A stretch of 64,000 bases of DNA. It comes from Fistulifera solaris (Eukaryota). Within the stretch, counting starts at the first letter, position 1; each line of letters opens with the position of its first letter. The stretch covers positions 434,001-498,000 of the forward strand of contig AP026137.1 in assembly GCA_030295235.1 (NCBI GenBank). Direction: 5' to 3'. Of the stretch, positions 37,911 through 48,967 are shown piece after piece. A program made the position numbers and the translations under genes. The notes beneath the pieces were generated by a model, which ran no database searches, was not told where the DNA came from, and worked only from the letters and a program-made list of their open reading frames with translations.

Positions 37911-40900
37911 ATGATAATGGGCCACAAGCCAGGAAAAATTCAATTTACATGTCTTTTGATAGCAACAATGTGGATCTTGACCGGGTCGTCCAGTCCTACG
38001 GAAAGCGGTGGTTCGTCAACTCTGACATTAATTACACAGTCGACCGACAGCCTCGGCATTGAGAATCAATCCGTCAAATTGTCAAGTCGACAGAGATTCA
38101 CAAGCGGGGTGCACGCAAATCAACAATCGATTCCAGTAGCTGATCTTCCTTTTATTGACGCTCTTCCTCTCCCGACTCAACAACCGTCGCTTGCTATTGA
38201 GCTGAACCGAATCAGAACGGTACCAATGTTGACAACCAGTCAACGAACACTGACGGATGGTTTCTTAAAAGGGAAAAAGGGAAACGAAATCAAGTTCTAG
38301 CGGCAAGAAAAACAAGTCTACAGGAAAAGGGAAGACAAACAACAAAAAGGGCAAAGGAGAGCAGTATTCAAATAGTAAATCAAGCAAAAAGAGTAAAAGC
38401 TCAACGGGTAAAGGAAAGAATGGAGGGAAATCTCCAGTACGCTCGCCAGTTCGGGGCTCCGGTTCGGTCTCCAGTTCGCTCGCCTGTTCGTGCACCAGTT
38501 CGTTCGCCAGTAAGCCCTCCAACCCGAGTGTTTCAAGATAAAGCGCCAACATTTATTAAACGATTAATAGAGTTCGTGCCTACAGTGCTTGAGGAGCTTC
38601 CAACTTTGAGGACTCGGCGAGAAACAAGGGCCCCGGTAATTGAAGACAGAACACCTACTTCAAAGCCGTCAAGCTCCCCGAGCGAGTCACCCAGTCGCTC
38701 GCCGATAAAAGACCTTCTTCGGCTCCGTCTCGAGAGCCCTCGCCTGAACCGAGCGCTCGTCCTTCGGCTTCACCAATAGTACGGCCAAGTGCTGCACCTA
38801 CAAGTCAACCTTCGCCTTCACCGACTGACAGCCCGACTATATCACCGAGCGACAAACCAACGAGTAGACCAACCATTGTGCCTACCACGAATCCGACCTC
38901 GGGGAAACCGAGTACTGCGCCCGACTGATCGACCGAGTCGTCAACCAACGAGCCAGCCATCTAGCTCTCCTATTGTGTCACCTAGTAGAACGCCAACGCA
39001 GAGCCTTCTCAGTCGCCGTCACAAAAGCCGTCTCCAGGACCGAGTGTTGGACCTCTGCTGTGCCCACCAAAGAGCCAAGTTCTGTTCCAACGTCACGACC
39101 GTCAATTTTACCAACCGATGGACCCACTGTCGTGCCAAGCCAGAATCCGTCCAGAATACCAAGCAATGAGCCAAGTATAGAACCGTCAGTGATGCCGACA
39201 GAAGTTCCCTCACTACCGCCGAGTAGTCAGCCAACAATTGGACCTTCAGCGAAAACCTTCGAATGCTCCCTCAACGAATCCTTCCCCGTCGCCCTACGTC
39301 CAATCCAAGTGCTGTTCCCACTACACCGCCATCGAGAAGCCCGACTGACAATCCGACGGTTTCACCAAGTAGGGATCCCACCATGGTGCCAAGCAGTGGA
39401 CCCACCAGCGACTCCGACATCATCACCAAGCTCGGTCCCAATTGGTTTGCCGAGCCATGAGCCCACAACTGTTCCCTCTCGTGAACCTTCCGTGGCTCCT
39501 TCTCGGTCCTTCTGTTTCGCCCCACGTCAAGACCGAGTGCTGAACCCACTACTTCACCATCGTCTTAGCCTACAAAAACTCCTTCAGCAGTACCGACTAT
39601 TCAACCAACACCTGTGCAAAGTGCGGTGCCCAGTTCAGATCCCACCATTTCGCTGTCACCGACGTCTTCACCAAGTGACAAGTTATTTTCGAACCGATGT
39701 GACATCTGATGTGACATCCTGATTCCGGTTCATTGTTTCCTCTCTGTAACTTCCGGATCGTACATTTTGTGTCTGAGTCCACCTGTTATGGACTGACTAT
39801 GGTGTCTTTTGTAGGGAATAGCTGATGAGTCATCGCGGACGTTTCTGGCCACAAAAGCAGCTTTTCCGAGTGATGTTGGATGCACACCTTTACATTACAA
39901 TATTTACTTTTAACTCTTTTTCATTGATTATCATCTTTGTTTATAGGGTCTGAAGGTAATTAGCAGTTGTACTACGCATACAACTGATAGAAAGCTAGTA
40001 AATAGGGTGATTGAGGTCATCCGCCGCTCTCGTGCCATTCAAAGGCATCAACCAGTCGTAAGCCTGCTTTGTCTTGACCGCCATTGTCGGCTTTCAACGA
40101 CATCCTTTCGTTTCAGAGCGCTTTCTTGTCTATATTGAGAACGTGTTCTTTGAAAACGATTGTCACCAAGCTTGGCAGCCCATCTGTATCGCCGAGCTAC
40201 AATCCCACAATTGTTCCATCGGGAGAAGCTTGGCGGTGCCGAGTCATGAACCTTCTGCTTCTAGCCCAGCATTGGAACTAGCGCATTACCCACGAACTTC
40301 CCGTCGACATCCCCCGGCGAAAACACCATCAGAAGTGCCGAGTCTCCAGCCAACACCGTTAAAAAGTGCGGCTTCCAGTTCAGATCCGACCGTTTAGCAG
40401 TCGCCGACATCGCCGCGCCAGCACTGTCCCTTCCGTATCGCCGAGCCACAATCCCACGATTGTTCCGTCGGGAGAAGCTTCGATGGCACCGAGTCTCGAA
40501 CCCTCTGCAACTATAAGACCGAGCGCTTCACCCTCTACTTCACCATCGCTTTCACCTACAAAGAACCCCTCCGAGGTACCGAGTATCCAACCAACTCCTG
40601 TAGGAAGTGGGGTACCAAGTTCAGAGCCGACCTTGTCGGTGTTGCCGACAGCATCACAAAGTGCAATCCCATCTGTATCGCCGAGCCGAAACCCCACAGA
40701 CGCGTCCATCGGAAGGTGGTTCGATGGAACCAAGTTTTGAACCTTCTGTTTCCGTCCAGCACAGGACCGAGCGCTACACCCACTACGTCACCATCGACTT
40801 CCCGGCTACCCCGTCAGCATTGCCGAGTATACAACCAACACCTGTGAGCACTGGGATCCCAAGCTTGAACCCGACCTCGTCGCTGTTATCAAGCATTGGT

Positions 40901-43059
40901 CCATCTGTGACACCGAGCCATCAACCAACGTCAGCTCCTTCGATGGGACCAAGCGGTGAGCCGACTATTGCTGAGTCCGGATCTCCGAGCCTCTCTCCAA
41001 GCAAACCCCCATCCGCAAAACCATCTATTGCCCCGTCCACGAGCCGTCTCCCGGACCGAGCATTGGTCCTTCGCCATCACCGACGTCACAGCCGACTGAT
41101 GGACCCACCACGCCGTCCATCGACTTTGCCAACAGATAATCCAACGGTAATACCAAGTGCAAGACCAACAAGTGGACCGACAACTGTACCCAGCGTCAAT
41201 CCGACATCAAAACCGAGCGTTGTGCCGATAGATGCACCGAGTCGTCAACCCACAACAAGTCCTTCGAGAGAGCCTATTGCCGAGCCGACAATCCAGCCGT
41301 CTAGCTCTCCTACCGTGTCACCGAGTAGCAATCCATCTCAGCAGACATCAAAGCGCGCCGTCGCAAGAGCCATCACCAGAGCCTAGCGCTGGACCAACTT
41401 CTTCGCCCACATCGAAACCGAGTTCTGTACCCACTATTCCACCGTCAAGTTCACCGACCGATGGGCCGACGAATGTACCGAGTGTGGATCCAACCGGTGT
41501 ACCAAGTGAAGAGCCAAGTGTGAAGCCGTCTTCTTCTCCAACAGAAGGCCCGTCGCTTTCGCCGAGCCGTCAGCCAACAATTGGACCATCGATGGAACCT
41601 ACGGTTGTACCGTCAGAGGGTCCCTCGTTTTCGCCAACGTCAGAGCCGAGCACTGCACCCACTTCGTCCATCAATTGCCCCGACTGAGAATCCGACAAGT
41701 GCACCGAGTTTGAATCCGACAAAGGTACCAAGTACTGGACCCACGGCAGCCAACCGCGTTACCTACAAAAGTCCCATCCAGTTCTCCGAGCAATCAACCA
41801 TCTGTGGGTCCATCGCAAGTAGCTTCGATGGCACCCAGTAGCGGACCCTCGAAGACGCCCACAACAAATCCGAAGCTGCACCGACTACCCTAGCATCAAC
41901 TTCACCGACACTGAACCCCACGACAGTGCCGAGTCTGCAACCATCCACTGAGACATCATCACCGAGCATCGTTCCGTCTGCTCCGGCCGAGCAATCAACC
42001 GACGTCAACCCCTTCGATGAGGCCCAGCGGTGAGCCGACTATATCGGGGTCGAGCTCTCCTAGCGTCTCTCCAAGTAGACTTCCAACTGCAAACCCATCT
42101 ATTGTCCCGTCCACGAGGGCCTTCTCCCGAACCGAGCATTGGTCCTTCGCCATCACCGACGTCACAGCCGACTGATGGACCCACAAGTCTTCCATCGACG
42201 CTTCCGACAGATAACCCGACGGTAACACCAAGTGCGAAACCGACGAGTGGACCAACGGATGTACCCAGCACGAATATGACAGCGAAACCGAAGGCCACGC
42301 CGACAGATCAACCAAGTCGTCAGCCAACAACGGGCCCTTCACCGAAACCAAGTAACGAGCCTACAATTCAGCCATCTCGGCTCTCCGACGGTGTCGCCTA
42401 CAAGCGTTCGACGCACCAGCCAACAATTGTGCCCTCACGAGCCTTCGCCAGGACCAAGCGCTGAACCCACGACTTACATCGCGACCGAGTGCTATCCCAA
42501 CTACACGACCATCGATTGCTCCGACACATGGACCGACTGTTGCACCGGTATGAAGCCAACAAGCGCCGTCCTCGTTTCCGACCGAAGGTCCAACCGTTTC
42601 TCCGAGCAATCAACCCACAAAAGGACCTTCAGCGAACCAAGCGCTGAGCCAACTACTAAGCCTTCTAGCCCTCCAAGCTTCTCACCCACTAGTCTGCCGA
42701 CGGCGATGCCTTCGCAAGCACCATCGCGAGAACCATCCCAAGGGCCTAGTCGTGTACCTTCGATTAAGCCAACGTCGAGACCAAGCAGTCGGCCATCTCT
42801 TTCGCCGACCGACAGCCCAACCGTTGCACCAAGTACGAATCCTACCAGTGCTCCTAGCCGTGCACCAAGCTCAAAGCCGTCGGCGGCTCCAAGCAGAAGA
42901 CCGTCCTCGGCGCCTTCTGAGGCACCGGCGAGATCTCCTTCTGAGGCTCCGACAAAATCCCCGTCTGAGGCTCCATCCGTCGAACCAACTTTGAAACCGA
43001 GTAATTCACCGATCGCGAGGCGTACGCTTCTTGGAAGAAGAGACCGATTTAGAAGATGA
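37911..43059 (+). pseudogene. Paralog of gene D (array gene E), heavily frameshifted and interrupted by a 492-bp insertion
   Basis: Signal peptide, RTLTDGFLKGK, K-rich block, SPVR repeats, PTFIKRLIEFVPTVLEELPT, PSxxPT repeats and a short EAPTKSPS tail. Many frameshifts. Non-repetitive insert at 39675-40166. Confidence 0.7.
39675..40166. mobile_element. Small non-autonomous TIR element inserted in gene E
   Basis: Ends GTGACAAGTTATTTTC and GAAAACGATTGTCAC are imperfect inverted repeats. Flanked by CAA/CAA; alternatively by the 8-bp direct repeat TCACCAAG at 39668-39675 and 40163-40170. The interior lacks the surrounding PS repeat. Confidence 0.65.
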
Positions 43060-44237
43060 GTCGTTCGAAGGGAGTAAAACTCGATCCTCATTCGATAAAC
43101 AAAAGCATTTCTCAGCGGCGTTGCCGGGAGAAATAGAGAGTAACGTCATTTCTTTTAATGAAGAAAGGAATATCTCTGGATTCCCGCTTGATGACACAAC
43201 TCCGAGTCGCTGAAAGGAACAAACATTTAGCCCGATCACTTGATATAATAAGAAGGCTAAAGAAGGAGACTGTTAGAGTCGACACAACGGTGATGTTAAA
43301 CAGTCAATAAGTCAGTCTTTCGGCGGTCATTTGTCATGACATTTCCCTCCCGACGGTTCGCCCCTGTTGCAGATGCATAAAGATAATTTTTCGACTCAAA
43401 GGCAACAAAAAGTCGGTATGAATGGATAATGTAACGCGTCAACAGCAAATGGATGTTTTGCAGCAAAACACACAACTTAGACCTACATGGCAAAAAGTTC
43501 GGATGTGTGACATCTTGGTGACATCATCATCTTCTGTCGTCTGTCGTCTGTCGTAAACCCTGTCCTTAATGAATGCTCAAATATATGCATCTTGAAGATC
43601 ATGAAAGAAGCATGAACTATGAACTGCATAATGTTGTTTTCATAAATTTTTATAATAAATAACTGTATAGTCTATTGACCTCTAATTTAAACCATATTCA
43701 ATTGCAGGACCTACGACCTACCAGGTTCTGGCACTGTCGTAGTCGTTAATACTTCATAGATTATCTTGCTCGCCCCTCGCTCTAAACCCTAAAGAGAGGC
43801 AATTAGAAATTGGAAAAACAGATTTGCCTTCTTTGTATTGTGAAAAGCATTGAGTCATGTAATGAATGATGAGTGATGAGTGATAAAAGGAGAAGAGTGA
43901 CGAGTGAACCAGATACTCTAGTGATTTTAAAATTGAAACTCTAGTTGCAAGTTGCAACGCTACAAGCTACAACGCTCCGTCATACAAGGTACTCCAAGCA
44001 GAATGCAAGCTCCAAGCTCTTTCTTCTGTCTACAACAACGTACTGGCATCTTGGATCTTGCTTGTTGGTTTAAAATGTTATTTGTTATTTCCTGGTCTAT
44101 AGTAAGGTTATTCTGGTACGGTACCCTATACCTAATGCCACTCAGATCATAAGGCTCACGATTCACGACTCATGACTCAGTGGGCTGACAATAGAAATAA
44201 AATAATGTCAAAACAAACTATGACCTTCGGGCCTTGG

Positions 44238-44316
44238 GAAACGACGTTAAAATTCTGCCTCGCCGTAGGATCGACGTAGTAATTTGTACCGAGAGGCAGA
44301 ATTTTAACGTCCTTTC
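44238..44316. repeat. 79-bp palindromic element, copy 2
   Basis: Arms are identical to those at 37213-37291; the spacer differs at a few positions. Confidence 0.85.
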
Positions 44317-45139
44317 AACCTTACGGTTTACGCACGGTTTACGTCTTACGTCCTTTTACCTTACCGTACCTACCCTGTCTGCGGTGTAAATACTCCGTAA
44401 TAATGATGGTCACGAGTCATCAGTCATCAAGTACCGGTACCGTAGTCCAATCATTGGAGAAATCGGAGATCGAAGGTGCAAAAAATAAAAAATAAAAACA
44501 ATAACTGTGGTACAGTGATTCAGAAATCGGAGTTTCTGAAAGAAAGAAAAAACCAATATTTGGGGCAAAAGAGAAAAACCAGTGGAAAATTCAGTCAAAT
44601 GTCGAAAATGCATCCGCATTTTAGGAAAGTTAGGAATAAATATTTAGGATTGTGTTAGCGTTATAAAAAAACCAATAAAAACGTCCTGGTCTTGATACGT
44701 CCAAGGGGCTAAATCATAGACTAATGCAACAAGTTTGCACTTCGCTACTTTTCTGTTAGATCTGGTCGTAGAATTCGGCATCCGGGGAAATTTCCATAAA
44801 CAATTACTCAGTGACATGTGACATGTAACGGCACGCAAGCATGCAAGATGCAAGATGCAAGTTGTTAGTTGTTAGTTGTTGTACTGTAGTCAAAAGTGAG
44901 ACGACGACAAATGAGTGTAAATAAGTAGAGAGTAGAGACTGAGTAGAGGAATCCCATGGACCCATAAGAAGGTCAAAAAGTCTGATAATAAATGTTGGCA
45001 AAGAGTTTCACCGTTTCTATCTTTGTTTCCTGACCGGAAGCTGGTCACCTTTTTCGGACACATTTGACAGAATTGAATATTTTCACCCCGGCATCGGCAA
45101 TCGGCAACACAGCAAACGTCGACGATATCGAACAAGAAA

Positions 45140-48100
45140 ATGGAGTTTCAAATACCAAGGAAATTATTTGTTGTTTGTTTCTTAACATTATTCTGGGTCA
45201 ATGTTGGGTCATCTAGTTCGACGGAGAAGAGTGATGCGTCAACATACGAAATGACATCGATTTCATCAATTGACGGAAATCTCGCCACAGAGGCTCATTT
45301 CGATGGACTTTCAAGTCAAGAGAAGATCACAGGCTCAAAGCTTGAGGATCTAGCGTTGGATCTGGTGGACGAGATTACTGGATTGTGGAGTTTTCAGCGC
45401 TCAACCCCGCAGCTATATGAGGAAACAGCTCAAACATCGACACGTAGTCACGGAGCGCTCGCCAATCGCTTTCTTAAAGGTAAAAACAAAGCAAAGTCGA
45501 ACAAAACCGGAAAGAATAACAAGTCAACGGGCAAGGGGATACCCCATCGCCGGGAAAAGCAAAGCAACCCACCAAGAAGCCAAAGGAAACTAAAGGGAAA
45601 GGGGACAAAAGTCAGACAAAAAGCCGTCGAATTCAAAAGACAACGGCAAAAAGGAAACAAAAAGAACAATACTCCAAAGGCCCCAGTTCCCTCGCCAACC
45701 CGTAGACCACCAGTTAAAGCCCCCACTATCGTAAAAGGCTTACTTGGTTTAGTGCCTACAGTCATCCGGGAACTACCAACCGTCAGAAGCGCGCCAAAAA
45801 TAACGTCGGCTCCGGTAATTGAAAATCGAGTGCCTACAAGCTCCCCAAGCCTTGCGCCAATTCCACTTCCAACCTCAAGAATTTCTCCGGCACCGTCGAG
45901 GGAGCCCTCACAGAGGCCCAGCGCTCGTCCGTCTGCTTCACCTCAATCACGACCAAGTTCGACACCCAGTGGCCAGCCAACAAACTCACCGACGGGGGAA
46001 CCGACCATGGCACCGAGTACGAAACCATCAAATTCACCAAGCAGTCTGCCTACTATGAACCCAACTACGCGTCCAACGGCTTCTCCAAGCCTGCTAGCGT
46101 CAGATCCGCCAAGCGATTCGCCAACGACAGGTCAATCGATGGAAGAAAGCATGGAACCAACAATACAAGAATCCGTCTTGACAAACCCGACAGAAAAGCC
46201 ATCTCAATTACCATCTCGCGTTCCTAGCCCGGGACAAACCATAAGCCCTTCCTCATCACCCACATCAAGACCGAGCGTACAGCCATCTCAGGAACCGTCG
46301 ATTTTGCCGACAGAGGACCCTACTGGGGCACAAAATGCGACCCCGTCAAATTCGCCAACTGAGCTACCCAGCAGATTCCTCTCTGTTCAACCGAGTAGTC
46401 ACCCAACAATGGTCCCATCACAAGAACCATCTCTAGACCCTATCATTGGTCCGTCTGCATTGCCAACTTTGATGCCCAGCGCTAATCCTACAATCAAGCC
46501 ATCAATCATACCGTCTAAAAATCCGAGTAAAGTACCAAGTGTGGAACCAACAAGATTGCCTACTGATCAGCCTACTATGAACCCAACCAAGACACCGAGC
46601 ACAGTCCCAACAGTTCAACCAAGTCGTCAGCCAACAACAGGTCCATCAAGAGAGCCTTCACCAAAGCCTAGCGTTGGACCAACTTCTTCGCCCACATCAA
46701 CACCGAGCTCAGCGCCCACGACTCGACCGTCAAGTTCACCTACCGATGGGCCAACAGTTGCGCCGAGTATGAAGCCTTCTAGCGCCCCAAGCGATAAGCC
46801 GAGCGCTAAACCGACATCGGCTCCGACGGAAGGTCCGACAGTTTCGCCGAGCAGTCAACCCACAAGTGGGCCTTCGCGCGAACCATCGGCTGCGCCGAGC
46901 AGCCAGCCCACGAAAGGACCTTCGAGGGAACCATCGAGTGCTCCAACGACAGTTCCTTCCGTCACGCCAACGTCACGACCGAGTGCTGTTCCTACTTCCC
47001 GACCATCGACTAACCCGACAGAGAATCCGACCGTTGCACCTAGCATGAATCCCACGAAGGAACCGTCTAGTGAACCCACGATTATTCCGACATCGGCGCC
47101 GACAATAGTCCCATCCGGAACGCCGAGCCACCTGCCCACAAATAGTCCCTCGCGTGAACCTTCGGCGGCGCCTTCTCCTGGTCCTTCTGCTTCGCCCACA
47201 TCAAGACCGAGTGTTACGCCATCGGTTCGGCCTTCCGTTGAACCGACTCACACCCCATCTCTTGTACCGAGTATATTGCCAACTCCTGTAAGAAGTGCCG
47301 TGCCCAGTTTGGATCCGACCGTGTCGCCGAGCATCATTCCGTCTGCTCCGCCGAGCCGCCAACCTACGACAAGACCAAGCGCTGCACCCACAAGTCGTCC
47401 GTCGATTTCACCGACAGATAATCCGACAGTTACACCAAGTGCGAGACCAACAAGCGGACCGACGGCTGTACCGAGCATGACTCCGACGACGAAACCAAGC
47501 GCAGTTCCGACCGTTCAACCCAGTCGTCAACCAACAACGAGCCCTTCGAAAGAGCCCAGCTCCGTGCCGACAATTCAGCCGACTAGTACTCCGACAGTGT
47601 CGCCATCAAGTGACCCGACTCAACAGCCTAGCGTGAAACCATCTGTTTCGCCCACTTCACGACCGAGTGTTGCACCCACGGCTGGACCATCGAGTGCTCC
47701 GACAGATAGGCCGACCGTCGCACCGAGTATGAAGCCTTCTAGCGCCCCAAGCGATAAGCCGAGCGCTAAACCGTCATCGGCTCCGACGGAAGGTCCGACT
47801 GTTTCACCAAGCAGTCAACCCACTAGAGCCCCGAGCAAAGACCGTCTTCGGCGCCATCTGAAGCTCCAACCAAATCCCCTTCCGAGGCTCCGACGAAAAC
47901 CCCTTCTGAGGCTCCGACGAAAACCCCTTCTGAGGCTCCGACCCGATCTCCTTCCGAGGCTCCGACGAGATCCCCTTCTGAGGCTCCGACAAAATCCCCT
48001 TCTGAGGCTCCGACGAAATCCCCTTCTGAGGCTCCGACGAGATCCCCTTCTGAGGCTCCGACCCGATCTCCTTCCGAGGCACCAACAAGATCCCCGTCGG

Positions 48101-48268
48101 AGGCTCCGACACGTTCCCCTTCGGAGGCTCCGACAAAATCCCCTTCTGAGGCTCCGACGAGATCTCCTTCTCAGGCCCCGACACGTTCCCCGTCCGAGGC
48201 TCCGACAAAATCCCCTTCGGAGGCTCCGACCCGATCTCCTTCCGAGGCTCCAACTTCTTAACCGTTGA
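45140..48268 (+). CDS. Secreted silaffin/mucin-like protein (array gene F)
   Basis: Signal peptide, RFLKGK at 45467, K-rich block, PTIVKGLLGLVPTVIRELPT and PSxxPT repeats. The 24-bp repeat tail reads as (RLRRDPLL)n in the assembled frame, or as (EAPTKSPS)n ending at 48261 if one A is restored near 47838. Confidence 0.82.
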   Translation: MEFQIPRKLFVVCFLTLFWVNVGSSSSTEKSDASTYEMTSISSIDGNLATEAHFDGLSSQEKITGSKLEDLALDLVDEITGLWSFQRSTPQLYEETAQTSTRSHGALANRFLKGKNKAKSNKTGKNNKSTGKGIPHRREKQSNPPRSQRKLKGKGTKVRQKAVEFKRQRQKGNKKNNTPKAPVPSPTRRPPVKAPTIVKGLLGLVPTVIRELPTVRSAPKITSAPVIENRVPTSSPSLAPIPLPTSRISPAPSREPSQRPSARPSASPQSRPSSTPSGQPTNSPTGEPTMAPSTKPSNSPSSLPTMNPTTRPTASPSLLASDPPSDSPTTGQSMEESMEPTIQESVLTNPTEKPSQLPSRVPSPGQTISPSSSPTSRPSVQPSQEPSILPTEDPTGAQNATPSNSPTELPSRFLSVQPSSHPTMVPSQEPSLDPIIGPSALPTLMPSANPTIKPSIIPSKNPSKVPSVEPTRLPTDQPTMNPTKTPSTVPTVQPSRQPTTGPSREPSPKPSVGPTSSPTSTPSSAPTTRPSSSPTDGPTVAPSMKPSSAPSDKPSAKPTSAPTEGPTVSPSSQPTSGPSREPSAAPSSQPTKGPSREPSSAPTTVPSVTPTSRPSAVPTSRPSTNPTENPTVAPSMNPTKEPSSEPTIIPTSAPTIVPSGTPSHLPTNSPSREPSAAPSPGPSASPTSRPSVTPSVRPSVEPTHTPSLVPSILPTPVRSAVPSLDPTVSPSIIPSAPPSRQPTTRPSAAPTSRPSISPTDNPTVTPSARPTSGPTAVPSMTPTTKPSAVPTVQPSRQPTTSPSKEPSSVPTIQPTSTPTVSPSSDPTQQPSVKPSVSPTSRPSVAPTAGPSSAPTDRPTVAPSMKPSSAPSDKPSAKPSSAPTEGPTVSPSSQPTRAPSKDRLRRHLKLQPNPLPRLRRKPLLRLRRKPLLRLRPDLLPRLRRDPLLRLRQNPLLRLRRNPLLRLRRDPLLRLRPDLLPRHQQDPRRRLRHVPLRRLRQNPLLRLRRDLLLRPRHVPRPRLRQNPLRRLRPDLLPRLQLLNR
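47859..48255 (+). repeat. 24-bp minisatellite, about 16 copies, homologous to 35808-36276
   Basis: GAGGCTCCGACGAGATCCCCTTCT-type units. Confidence 0.9.
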
Positions 48269-48967
48269 CTTTATAATGCGTCAAATTGTCTAGTCAAGTG
48301 GTAGCATTGATTTGTCGCTCAGAAGTTGATGAGGACGAGGACACAAAATGGTCACAAGATTGCGTCTGCTTCTCAATAAACCGAGCCGAGGATCCGAGCC
48401 AGCCGCTCAGTTAAAAATAAGTCATCGTGGACAAGCCGAAAGTCGGTAGCTACCCCTCTAAGCGAAAGGACGGTTTCCATGCATTGAAATGCTCACCTTT
48501 TTGTGAAGCTGAAAAATGCCGTGGACTTCACACACCGAAAACTATTATTTCAGTGGCTCAAGAAAGCTTTCACGAAAGATGACACCCTTCCAAACAGAAC
48601 AAAAACTGGCTGTCAAGGAATATTGTATCATTAGAACATGAATGAAGAATGAATCATCATTCATGAGCATCATTGCTCCTCACCCAAAAAGTGTTAACTT
48701 CTTTCATCACAGCGGCGGCTTTCTTTCGAAGATCGAAGTCGTTCCGCGAGCACGTCAAACCCTATTCTTAATTCGGAAAGTTCATAATATTATGAACTCG
48801 CATAACAGACCATTCATGTTGTATGTTCCTCATAAAAATATTTTTTATAAACTAATAAAAGAAACAAAGAAAACCATGTCCTCCTTTTGTAGAATAAAGT
48901 AAACTGCGTCATAACACGGATACCAAGTACGGATAACTTGATATTCTTATATTCTTCCTAATCGATT

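Noticed and set aside
21444..47478. Many minus-strand Gly/Val/Leu-rich ORFs (GATVG, DGSREG)
   Set aside because: Reverse complements of Pro/Thr/Ser codons.
30343..48268. Assignment of array genes as pleuralins or frustulins
   Set aside because: The Cys-rich PSCD/ACR domains that define those families are absent.
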